Shown here: positions 49,213-60,229 of the stretch, one piece after another | Numbering within the stretch: the first letter of the stretch is position 1 | Layout of the letters: each line of letters starts with the position of its first letter | From: Heterodontus francisci | Lineage: Eukaryota | Assembly: GCF_036365525.1 (NCBI RefSeq) | Contig: NC_090401.1 | Coordinates: 34,252,560-34,316,559, forward strand | Length of the DNA: 64,000 nt | Reading direction: 5' to 3' | Made by a program: the position numbers and the translations under genes | Notes under the pieces: model-generated | The model's input: the letters and a program-made list of their open reading frames with translations, nothing else | Told to the model about the DNA's origin: nothing | Databases searched by the model: none

Positions 49213-50028
49213 TGTTTGCTCCCCTCCAAAGATTATCATCTGTAGAAATTGGCAAAAGGAAAGAACTTCTATTCTGAGTGCCTTTCACATTCTAGGGACA
49301 ATGTACTTCTGAAGTTAGTCACTGTTGAAATGGAGAGGAACACAGCAGCCAATTTGTACATTCTGAAATTCATAAACTGCAATAGGATAAATGATCATGA
49401 CACCAGGAGAATTCTTCTGGCCCTGTTTGATATTTTACAGCCACCTGAGAGGACAGACTGGGCCTTCAGTTAACAACTCATTCAAAAGACAGTGCTTTCA
49501 AGCATCGGTACTGCACTGATTATCACTTTAGATTATGTGCACAAGTTTTGGAGGTTGGGCTTGAACCCACTCTGATATGATGCCCTAAAAATGTTTAAGG
49601 ATTCTACTGAGAATGAATGTGTGCCATGACTGGCCCATGTAACACACATTTTCAAAGAGGGACATAGAACTGACCTGGATAATTAGCAGTAGAGGACTGC
49701 ATGGATTAATGGCTTGGGAGAGTGAATGGGGGGTGTATGCATGTGTACAGATATAAATGTTATATGATAATTCCATTTGCCAACTTTGTTCCCAGGAAGG
49801 CTGCAGTGCAAACAATCAAAATGATCTTTGGTAGTTTGTGCAGGTGTTATCAGCATGTTTAGTTTATTGATGGGACTAGTGTTTAGTTGGCCATTATGGA
49901 TGGGATTAATCTGCATATTGATAAGCTGTGAGCCAGATTTTTACTGTGTTCATAGTGTATAAGGTGTTTGTCTTAAATGAAATGATTTGGGTATAGCTAT
50001 GTTTCACCATAAGTCCCTTGCTTTGCAG

Positions 50029-50195
50029 ATTTCAGAGATCTATGTGAGTGGAGAATCAGGTGACATGTCAGCTAAAGAAAAACTGCTACTTTGGACACAG
50101 AAGTTGACAGAAGGTTATTCTGGGTTAAAGTGCTCCAATTTCACCTCCAGCTGGAGTGATGGAAGAGTATTTAATGCTATCATCCATAAATACAG
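50029..50195 (+). CDS. MACF1: MACF1 exon, CH2 start ([56 protein letters not shown])
   Basis: ctttgcag|ATT...TACAG|gtgaac, 167 nt, phase 0-2. [18 protein letters not shown] and WSDG favour MACF1 over DST or PLEC. Confidence 0.95.
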
Positions 50196-50575
50196 GTGAA
50201 CTGCCATGACTGAATTCGAAAAATAAGGGCTTAGGAGATTTTGTTGAGTTTTCATTCGTGTTGTCAGGAGATACATGAAGGCTCATAATAAAGGGCAAGA
50301 GTAGGCCGGTCAGTTGCTTGAGCCTATTCCACCATTCAGTTAGATCATGACTGATCTGTACCACAACACCAGTTTCCTGGCACTAAAACAGATCCTGGAT
50401 TGCTGTGTATGTGTTCAATAAAGTGGAAATATTGCATTTACTATTTTCTGGCTTGATGTGTACCCTTTGTGCTGAATCTGAAAATTTAAGCCCGCTTATT
50501 TATCCTTTACCCTTTCTATTTTGTAAACTTGATCTCCCAGATTACACATGATTATATATTGAATATGTAAAATTA

Positions 50576-50915
50576 GGGCGGCGCAGTGGTTAGCACCGCA
50601 GCCTCACAGTTCCAGCGACCCGGGTTCAATTCTGGGTACTGCCTGTGTGGAGCTTGCAAGTTCTCCCTGTGTCTGCGTGGGTTTTCTCCGGGTGCTCCGG
50701 TTTCCTCCCACATGCCAAAGACTTGCAGGTTGATAGGTAAATTGGCCATTAGCAATTGCCCCTAGTATAGATAGGTGGTAGGGAAATATAGGGACAGGTG
50801 GGGATGTGGTAGGAATATGGAATTAGTGTAGGATTAGTATAAATGGGTGGTTGATGGTCGGCACAGACTCGGGCCGAAGGACCTGTTTCAGTGCTGTATC
50901 TCTAAACTAAACTAA
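50576..50915 (+). mobile_element. HE1-type V-SINE, full length
   Basis: gggcggcgcagtggttagcaccgcagcc...gtttcagtgctgtatctctaaactaaactaaa. Confidence 0.88.
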
Positions 50916-51206
50916 AAGCAGACCAAGCCAAACTGTCACCGTTGCCCAGATAAAGCTTTGACTTTTATCAAGGGAACAAAGGGGGGAAAAAAAAGAGGGT
51001 AATTTACATACCCCACTTGAAAATTTCTAATCCCAGAAAAAACATTTTATTTTTCAGATGCAACTACTTCTTAGATTTTGGACTTGATGGTTACGATTGT
51101 TTTTAAATATTTCAAATCTTAAAAAAATGCGTGATTACAAAGCTTAATAATTTATATGTAATTAATTTCAGTGTACTGGAATTCTATTGAATACTTTGTT
51201 TTGCAG

Positions 51207-51319
51207 ACCAGACCTCATTGACATGGAGAAGGTTTCACTTCAGAGCAATCAGGAGAATCTGGAGCAAGCTTTTGCAGTTGCTGAAGCACTTGGTGTTACA
51301 AGACTATTGGATCCAGAAG
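51207..51319 (+). CDS. MACF1: MACF1 exon, CH2 ([37 protein letters not shown])
   Basis: ttttgcag|A CCA...GAA G|gtacac, 113 nt, phase 2-1. Confidence 0.95.
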
Positions 51320-51624
51320 GTACACTGCAAATAGTTACTGAAATTACACTCTACAAGGAAAGTGTTTCTCCTATCTGATAGATTTGGTTTGTTGTTGTTC
51401 ATCTAAGCATGAAGTGTGGCTAAAGTTGGATGGTATGTTCCAAGTCTGAAAGGAGGTCTCAGTTGCATTTAAAATATTTTTCATTAATCTTTGATGCATT
51501 AATGCTATATTGTTTGAGTGGTAGCCTTTTGGAAAACCTATTCCTGCAGGAGTTTCAAGGCTATACTGCAACCCAGTATTAGCAAAGCGAATGATAGAAC
51601 TTTTCTCCCCCAAAAATAGGATAC

Positions 51625-52045
51625 GGTACTGTAGTAGTTGTGTTACTGGATTAGTAATCCAAAGGCCTGGACTAGTAATCCAGGAAGCAGGAGTTCAGAT
51701 CCCACCATGACAGTTTGAGACTTTGAATTCAGTTCTTTTTTAAAGAATCTGAAAATAAAAGGTTGGCATCGGTACCTGTTGAATTGATGTAAAAGCCCAG
51801 TTGGTTTACCGATGCCCTTTAGGAGAAGAAACTGTCTGCCCTTGCCCAGTCTGGCCTACATGTGACTCCAGTCCCACACCAATGTGGTTGACTCTCAGCT
51901 GTCCTCTGGAATAGCCTAGTAAGCCACTCAGTTGAATGAAAAAGAAATGCTACATGAAAAATGCACCACTTTCTCAGGGCAACTGGGGATGGGCAATAAA
52001 TGCTGACCTTGCCAGCGACACCTACATCCTGAGAATAAAAATATA
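51625..52045 (+). mobile_element. tRNA-derived SINE with CR1-group LINE tail
   Basis: Head gttactggattagtaatcc...gagttcagatcccacc and tail gggatgggcaataaatgctgaccttgccagcgacacc...aataaaa, shared with 17110-17895. Confidence 0.65.
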
Positions 52046-52222
52046 ATTTGAGATCATGATCTTCTAAAGCATAGTGCTGTTTTGTGATGTCTCTCAAATA
52101 TAGCAGTAACGATTACTTGAGTGTATTTTTTTAAAGGAAGCTACCAGATGCATTTAGCCTATCAGTTATGAGTTACTGATCATGTGGTTCTCAGTTGAAT
52201 TAACTTGGACTTGTTCTTTTAG

Positions 52223-52329
52223 ATGTTGATGTTCCATCTCCTGATGAGAAGTCTGTCCTCACGTATGTCTCCTCCATATATGAATCATTCCCTAAGGTCC
52301 CAGAAGGAGGTGAAGGTATCAGTGCAAAT
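52223..52329 (+). CDS. MACF1: MACF1 exon, CH2 end ([36 protein letters not shown])
   Basis: ttcttttag|AT GTT...AAT|gtaagg, 107 nt, phase 1-0. Not in the ORF track. Confidence 0.95.
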
Positions 52330-52859
52330 GTAAGGCTTCACGCTTCCATCTTATAACTTACCATGGCAATGTATGTGTGGTGAAAACTAGAGTTTTTGGT
52401 GTAAGTGCAAAGAGTAAACCAGAACTATTCATGTGAAAATGTCTAAGTATATTAGCTAATGGATTAAATCATATAGTGCAACAGCAGCAAGATTTTTTTC
52501 AAATTTTCTTGAACTAAGTGTAGTCATGCGTTTCATTTAAAGTCACCAGCAACTGGATAATTTCCGCACGTATTCTTACCCGAATAACCAGTTTATTGGT
52601 GAAATACCTATAATCTTATCCTCAGAGTTGAATAAAATTCATGCTTTGTGAAGCTGGGAAATGACAGTTTTGTTTTCCATTGCATTTCTCAACATTCTTG
52701 TACTTTAAACCCTAGTGAAATCCTTGAAGCAGGGAGCATATTTTATGTAGAAATGGATTATTGCAATATATAACCTTTGAAGTTTACAGTACAGTAAGAA
52801 GCCATCTGTTGCATTGTTTCTTTTTTAGACAAATCCAAAATGAATTCCAGTGCTCTGCT

Positions 52860-55800
52860 CTTTTTCTTGTGTTTTACTATGTTTCAAATATTTATGGAGT
52901 TTTCCCTCAAAAGATGTTTGTTTCAGTCACTGTCTTTGGCAAAGCATTCCATGCTCCAATCAACTCTGTATGTAAAGAAACTTCTTCTGACCGCTCCCCT
53001 CACTCTCTTAATTTTAAATTGATGAGCCCTCATCATTGACTCACCAAGAGGAAAAAAATAATCTTGCGGTTTTCATGCTATCAAAACGCTTCATAATTTT
53101 AAGTGTCTATTAAACTGCTGTAGTGTAAGTTGTTACAGTAGCTCAAGTGTCCACTTATAACTACAGCATCCCATCTCTGATGTCATCCTTGTAAACCGAC
53201 ACACTCAATCGCTTTTGCCCTTTCTATAATGGGTCACCCAAATCGGCACAAAGTAGTCTATGGTCTAACAAATTTTGTGCATAAATCCATGATTCCTACT
53301 TTATTCTCGTACACTATGCACTATATGTGAAATCTAAAATTCTATTGGTCTTTTTTAATGGCTTTATTTACCTGCACTTTCAGGGAAGTATATATTTAAA
53401 CTCTTAGTCATCCTTGTTCATCACAACATTCCATGTCTTGCCATTGGGCGGCGCAGTGGTTAGCACCGCAGCCTCACAGCTCCAGCGACCCGGGTTCTCT
53501 TCTGGGTACTGTCTGTGCAGAGTTTGCAAGTTCTCCCTGTGACCGCGTGGGTTTCCGCCAGGTGCTCCGGTTTCATCCCACAGCCAAAGACTTGCAGGTT
53601 GATTAGGTAAATTGGCCATTGTAAATTGCCCCTAGTGTAGGTAGGTGGTAGGGGAATTGAGGGAAGGTGGGGATGTGGTAGGAAATATGGGATTAATGTA
53701 GGATTAGTATAAATGGGTGATTAGATTAGAGATACAGCACTGAAACAGGCCCTTCGGCCCACCGAGTCTGTGCCGACCAGCAACCACCCATTTATACTAA
53801 TCCGACACTAATCCCATATTCCTACCAAACATCCCCATCTGTCCCTATATTTCCCTACCACCTATCTATACTAGTGACAATTTATAATGGCCAATTTACC
53901 TACCAACCTGCAAGTCTTTTGGCTTGTGGGAGGAAACCGGAGCACCCGGAGAAAACCCACGCAGACACAGGGAGAACTTGCAAACTCCACACAGGCAGTG
54001 CCCAGAATCGAACCCGGGTCCCTGGAGCTGTGAGGCTGCAGTGCTAACCACTGCGCCACTGTGCTGCCCATTGATGTGTGGTTGATGGTTGGCTCAGACT
54101 CGGTGGGCCGAAGGGCCTGTTTCAGTGCTGTATCTCTCTATGACTCTATGTGTAGGTTCCCATTATTTTTACAAAATGTATTGCTTCACACTCATCTGCA
54201 TTAAATTACATTTGCCATTTGTCTGCCTGTGAGTCAATCTGTCTCTCTCTCCCACAGTCTTTTAACTATTCTGTTCACTGACAAATGTCAACTTTTGGGT
54301 CGGCAGCAAAGTTCAAGCTGCATTCCTTATGGCTAAGTCAAAGCCATCTATATATATCAAGAACAAAAGTGGGCTCAGCACTTCCTTCTGCTGCAGACTA
54401 CAGCCTACCCTTTTCCAGTCTGAGCATAGCTTGTCTCCCTTAACATTGTTTAATGTCTGTCCATAAACCTTCCATATTGTATTGTTTCTTGTATAATGCA
54501 CCTGAACTTTTCTAAAAATCCTCTTGGCACTCTTTATCAAATGCCTTTCTGAAAATCCAAGAACACCGCATCTACTGCATTCTCTTTATCTATTCAATTG
54601 ATCTCCAAAAACACTTGAATTTGTTGCACTTGCCTTTAACAATTTGTGCTGCCTGTCCTTGATTATTTTGTGTGTTTCTACAGGCTTAATGATTTGATTT
54701 TGATTTATGGATGATAAGAATTTAACTAATGTTAGACTAATGTCTTTAGTTACATGGTTTATCCTCCTCTTCCTTTTTGAACAAGGGTGTTGCATCAGCT
54801 ACTCTCCGGTCCTTTGTATAGTTAAGGAAGATTGAAAAATTGTGTCCAAAGGCTCTGCTGTTTTCTGTCTGTTTTGATTTGAAGTGTAGTAAAGCTGTAT
54901 ACAAAATTGATGAGTTTTCATAAATAACTTTTTACAGTGCAGAAGGAAGCCATTTGGCTTATCGTGTCCATGCCAACTGTACGTTATCCAGCCTAATCCC
55001 ACCTTCCAGCTCTTGCCCCTTAGCCCTGTCGGTTACAGCACCTCAAGTGCATCTCTTTTTTTTTTCAAAAGTGATGGTTTCTCCCTCTACCACTATTTCA
55101 GATGCAAGTTCCAGACCCCCACCATCCTATAGGTACATCTCCAGACTGAAGTAAGAACTGGAATATTTGGGTTCGGGTTTATTCAACCATTGTCATTTAT
55201 ATGTTAGCCAGAAGTTTGCATACGTGCCACTTATACTGACTAAAATTAATTTACTAGCTGCATAGAATCATAAAATCGTACGGCACAGAAGGAATCTATT
55301 CAGTCGAGGATCACATCTACCTTTTTAACAGCATTATTGACTTGTCCTTCCACCTTCAAACAATTGTGTACGTGAACCTCTAGGTGTCTCAGTTCCTGCA
55401 CCACCTTTAAAATTGTGCCATTTAGTTTATACTGTTTCTTCTCTCCTTTCCAAAATGCATCACTTCACACTTCTCTGCATTAAGTTTAGTCTGCCATGTA
55501 TCTGCATATTTTAGCAGTCTATGTTCCTGAAATCTGCTACCATCCTCCTCACTGCAAACAATATTTCCAAGTTTTTGTCACCTATACCAGATCATTAATG
55601 TTTATCAAAGAACTGTGGCTCTAATCCTGCCCTGTGGGGGACTCAACTCTATATACTTCCCTCCAATCTGATAAAACAACAGTTTCTCCACTATTCTCTG
55701 CTTTCTGTCTCATAGCCAATTGCATATCCCTGCTGCCACTGCTCCATTAATCCCATGGGCCTTGATTTTTCAAACCAGTGTTATGTGGCATATTCTTGAA

Positions 55801-55940
55801 TTTCTTCAGAATGTTCTTATGCAAATCAACTGCACTACCTTCATGAACCCTCACTGTTATTTCATCAAGGAACTTAGTCAAGTTTGTCAAAAACGATTTG
55901 CTTTGAACATAATTGACTATAAATTTCAAAGCTAAAGATA
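52860..55940 (-). mobile_element. Decayed CR1 LINE fragments with nested HE1 SINEs
   Basis: Minus-strand CR1 RT peptides (VLSPLLFLIYID; SFLTNLTKFLDEIT...AVD). Confidence 0.65.
53446..54150 (+). mobile_element. HE1 SINE (+) interrupted by an inverted HE1 SINE (53719-54069, -)
   Basis: The + copy breaks at aaatgggtg and resumes gtggttgatggttggc at ~54078. The insert is a full reverse-complement copy. Confidence 0.85.
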
Positions 55941-56455
55941 TATTTGTATTATCATTATTGCAGTGGCATTCTTCCACAGAACAGATTTGAAGGAGCTAAT
56001 CAAATGTGTGAACTTAATTGAACTACATTTGTTGGTACCAAATATATTGTTAATCAGCAAAGCCCCGCGTTAGCATAATTACTGAATGGAAAAAGTGGTT
56101 AAAATAATTTAGCAAACCAAGTTATTGGTTGGTGAGTTTTGTTTCATTCCAAAGGGTATAAAAAAAGGTTTAAGGTATCCGTTTAATTTTGAACAGGAAC
56201 ATTGAGGTTTATGATCTATTTGGGATGGGTATCTGCTATATCCTTTTTTACAGTCCCGTGCCTGGTGAACTTTATTAAGTTCTTTGAAACAACAGAGGGG
56301 GTTGGTGAAGGTAGTGCAAGTGCTTAAATGCACAAAGCTCATTGTTTGCTGAAACTTTGTTTTCATTGTGGTTCAGCTGATATCTTAAATGTTGTGATTT
56401 TTGTGAATTATTGTTTAGACATTTTCTGATTATTGTTACTGTTTTTACTATTCAG

Positions 56456-56575
56456 GAGGTTGATTCCAAATGGCAGGAGTACCAGAATAAAGTAAACTAC
56501 CTCTTCCAGTGGATCAGGCAGCACATCACACTGATGTCTGATAAAGTATTTCCACACAATCCAGTAGAACTTAAG
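56456..56575 (+). CDS. MACF1: MACF1 exon, plakin domain start ([40 protein letters not shown])
   Basis: attcag|GAG...AAG|gtgaac, 120 nt, phase 0-0. Confidence 0.95.
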
Positions 56576-57419
56576 GTGAACACTCCACTTGCTATGTCAT
56601 TTTAACAAATGTTTGAAGTAACCATATAATTAAATAAACAGATGGCAACAATGGTGAATCTTAGGGTATATTTTCCTCTGGTCCATAATGTGAACAAAAA
56701 GTCACTGGAAATATAAAATAGAGAGTTGTATATTATAAACAGCCCAATTCTTGTGCTGACAGTGAATAGAATAGTTGCTTGCATCTCAATTGATGGACTT
56801 CGGATCCACTTGAAGTGAAGAAATTTTAGTATTTGTCTCTAGTTAAAAGAAAATCATCAGTTTGTCTTGTTAATGTTTTGACTTGTGCGAAACTCTTGTC
56901 TGCTTCTGGGATAGGGCATTAGACTTATCCTGATCTTACAAGTCTGAGTCACCAGCTGGCTGACGTTCAAATTCGTTATGCTCATTGAATGAACTTTGTC
57001 AGCTTCTAGATGTGATGTGTTTTTGGTAGAATACTGCATAACATCTTGAGTGCTCAATCTGGGGAAAGGGAACAAAGGATAAGAAATTAGCAAGGCTGGA
57101 TTCATTGAGCACAAACACTCTCAAAATGAATTAGCCACATAATGATGTTTATACAGCCCATAGAATAGCTACAGCTCAGGCAATTGTACCTTTTGGCTGA
57201 AGGAGGAAGTTTGATTACAGGAGCAGTAGTGCAGAAACTAAAGGAAATATGCATGGAATTATTAATTATTTAAAGAAAATGTATTTTGTGCCCAAAATGT
57301 TGTGTGGGATGATGCAGAAAGCTTTCTGGATTCAGTTGTTTGAAATGATTTTGAGGTACAGAAGTAGACATCTAAATGTGTAAGCTTTAACTGTTGTCTC
57401 CGTTCTCTTTCCTCCCCAG

Positions 57420-57515
57420 GCACTTTATAATGAATATGTACATTTCAAAGAAACTGAATTACCAGCTAAAGAAGCAGAAAAGGCACAAATACAACATTTA
57501 TATAAATTATTTGAG
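57420..57515 (+). CDS. MACF1: MACF1 exon (ALYNEYVHFKETELPAKEAEKAQIQHLYKLFE)
   Basis: cctccccag|GCA...GAG|gtaaga, 96 nt, phase 0-0. Confidence 0.95.
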
Positions 57516-57750
57516 GTAAGACATTAGGGACTAGAAATTGGATTGAGCACAAATTGGAGCGTGACGGATCACTGGTGGGGGAGGTTTGATCGCAGTTCCA
57601 GTGATGAAACAATGCCTCGAGATTTCATTGGTGAGGCAGTGCCTCATTTGGATGGTACCAGCAAGCTGCAGGTGCCTTTTGCAAGGGGTAGCCAGCTAGG
57701 CTGGCTTAGATGCCAGCCAAGAGTCTAAGGAGAGTCCACTGAGGTGGGGG

Positions 57751-59060
57751 TTTTTTTTTTTATTTCCAAAATATACTTTATTCATAAACATCTCTAAAAT
57801 TTACATTGCCAGACAGTTTCCAAACAGCACCAAAAAATACAAACATTGCAAGGGAGATCAGTTTCCTTCAATACTGTCATGAGTTTCTTCCCAACCCTTC
57901 CGTTTCACAATTGTCATGTCAATTACAGTTTTACATTTACAGCAATTGAGAATATTAACGATACAGTTCGAGGGGTTTCCCATGGATCCAGCCCCTCAGT
58001 CCAGCTTGGTGGGGGAACCTTACACTGTGGTCTTTCCCCATTGAGCCTTTGCTGCGGCTGCCCCAAGCTTTAGTGCGTCCCTCAGCACGTAGTCCTGGAC
58101 CTTGGAATGTGCCAGTCTGCAACATTCGGTGGTGGACAACTCTTTGCGCTGGAAGATCAGCAAGTTTCGGGCACACCAAAGGGCGTCTTTCACCGAATTG
58201 ATCGTCCTCCAGCAGCAGTTGATGTTTGTCTCGGTGTGCGTCCCTGGGAACAGCCCGTAGAGCACAGACTCCTGTGTTACAGAGCTGCTTGGGATGAACC
58301 TTGACAAAAACCACTGCATCTCTTTCCACACCTGCTTTGCAAAGGCACATTCCAGGAGGAGGTGGGCGACCATCTCTTCCCCACCACAGCCAACGCGGGG
58401 GCATTGTGCGGAGGGGGCGAGACTTCGGGTGTGCATGAAGGATCTGACGGGGAGGGCCCTTCTCACCACCAGCCAAGCTACGTCTTGGTGCTTGTTTGAA
58501 AGTTCTGGTGATGAGGCATTCCGCCAAATGACTTTGACGGTCTGCTCGGGGAACCATCCGACAGGATCCACCTTTTCCCGTAGGGCCTTGAGGACATTCC
58601 GTGCAGACCACTGCCTGATGGACCAGTGGTCAAAGGTGTTTTCCCGCAGAAACTGCTCCACGAAGGATAGGTGGTATGGCACCGCCCAACTGCATGGAGC
58701 GTTCCGCGGCAATGTGACCAGGCCCATCCTTCGCAACACCGGGGACAGATAGAACCTCAGCACGTAGTGACACTTGGAGTTTGCGTACTGGGGATCTACA
58801 CACAGCTTGATGCAGCCGCACACGAAGGTGGTCATCAGGATGAGGGCCACGTTGGGTACATTTTTCCCGCCCTTGTCCAGAGATTTGAACATTGTGTCCC
58901 TCCGGACCCGGTCCATTTTAGATCCCCAGACGAAGCGGAAAATGGCTCGGGTGACTGCCACGGCGCAGGAGTGGGGTATGGGCCAGACCTGCGCCACGTA
59001 GAGCAACAACGTGAGCGCCTCGCACCTGATGACCAGGTTCTTACCCACAATGGAGAGAGA
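57751..59060 (-). mobile_element. Tx1/L1-clade LINE, 5'-truncated
   Basis: Open 342-aa ORF2 C-terminus (FRFVWG...KGGKNVP; CPRVGCGGEEMVAHLLLEC zinc motif), 3' UTR with AATAAA and a poly-A tail (T-run 57751-57761). Confidence 0.9.
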
Positions 59061-59179
59061 TCAATTGAATAATGGCTAACAGCTGCCCTTGGTTTTAATG
59101 TGGATCCAGGAGGGACGCTCCTACTCTTCCTAACTCCACATTAAGGTAAGTTTTAAAAAAATAACCTAACTTTTAATGA

Positions 59180-59350
59180 GAGCAAAATGCTGTGGATGCT
59201 GGAACTCTGAAATGAGAGCAGAAAGTGCCGGAAATACACAGCAGGTCTGGCAGTATCTGTGGAGAGAGAAACAGAGTAAACATTTCAGGTCTGTGACCTT
59301 TCATCAGTTCTGATGAAAGGTCACAGACCTGAAACGTTCACTCTTTTCTG
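59180..59350. repeat. Short hammerhead-family repeat with head-to-head inverted HHR cores
   Basis: tttcaggtctgtgacctttcatcag-tt-ctgatgaaaggtcacagacctgaaa. Confidence 0.8.
59305..59343 (+). ncRNA. Minimal type-I hammerhead ribozyme motif
   Basis: cagtt CUGAUGA a AGGUC-aca-GACCU GAAA cg uu cacuc. The conserved core and stem II are intact. Confidence 0.55.
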
Positions 59351-59451
59351 GCTCGGTTGTAACAAGAGGCGGGAGAGGTGCACTGTTAATTCAGTCCCAC
59401 TTCTCCACAGGTGACAACATACATTTAAATATTGCTGAAAATAGAGACATG

Positions 59452-59487
59452 TTGTCGAAGCTTTTCGTCTTGCACTCATCAGGACAA
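59452..59487 (-). ncRNA. Minimal type-I hammerhead ribozyme in the inverted Penelope pLTR
   Basis: Minus strand UUGUC CUGAUGA GU-gcaag-AC GAAA AGCU UC GACAA, with a perfect 5-bp stem I. Confidence 0.75.
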
Positions 59488-60229
59488 TCTGCAAGAATAC
59501 CAATGTAAGGGTAAACAACAACTTTATGCTGTGTGAGAAGGGAGTGCTGATTGGTTGGCAAGTGAACTCTGGTAGAGGCATTGCCATAGAGAATGCACCA
59601 GTTTACATTGACAGTTAACTGCCAAGATTTGGCAGCGTGGACTTGTGTAAGAGCAACGAGCTGCCGGGTGATGTATATGACTGGGTTTGTCCTCACGGCT
59701 CGCTGTGTCCGCGTATGTATGGGCTGCCCAAAACACACAAAAGTGATGTCCCACTGCGCCCTATCTTATCTATGACCAGTTCCGGACTACATGAATTGGC
59801 CAAATGGTTGGGCGAATTGTTAAAACTAGTTTTGAGCAAGTTCTCCTCACGGTGAAGGATTCCTTCACATTTGCGAAGACCATACAGGACTTGTGTATCT
59901 ATAGCAATGCCGTGTCCATGTGCTCATTTGACATTGCTAGCCTGTTCACCAATATACCACTTAAGGAAGCCATAGATATTTACACTGCAGCATTATATGA
60001 TGGCAATCTAGACCCACCACCATTGCGTGAATCAGTATTCATTGAACTTATGAACTCAATTGAGTTCAGTTATAACGACGCTATGTATGCCCAAATAGAT
60101 GGTGTTGCCATGGGATCCCCTCTAGGCCCAGCTGTCGCAAACGTCTTTGTCGGGTTCCATGAGTAATGTGTCTTTGAGAAAATGACACCTAACCTCCTAC
60201 CTCTTGCAAAATTCCAATATGTAGATGAT

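Noticed and set aside
1609-54150. tRNA-like sequences as tRNA genes
   Set aside because: They are SINE heads followed by the V-domain and LINE-derived tails, with no complete cloverleaf.
6423-57515. Gene could be dystonin (DST) or plectin
   Set aside because: [46 protein letters not shown] and the MGSSLGCV first exon match recalled MACF1 better. A few residues (DYLK, HKYR, VNYL) are DST-like and probably ancestral. Synteny was not checked.
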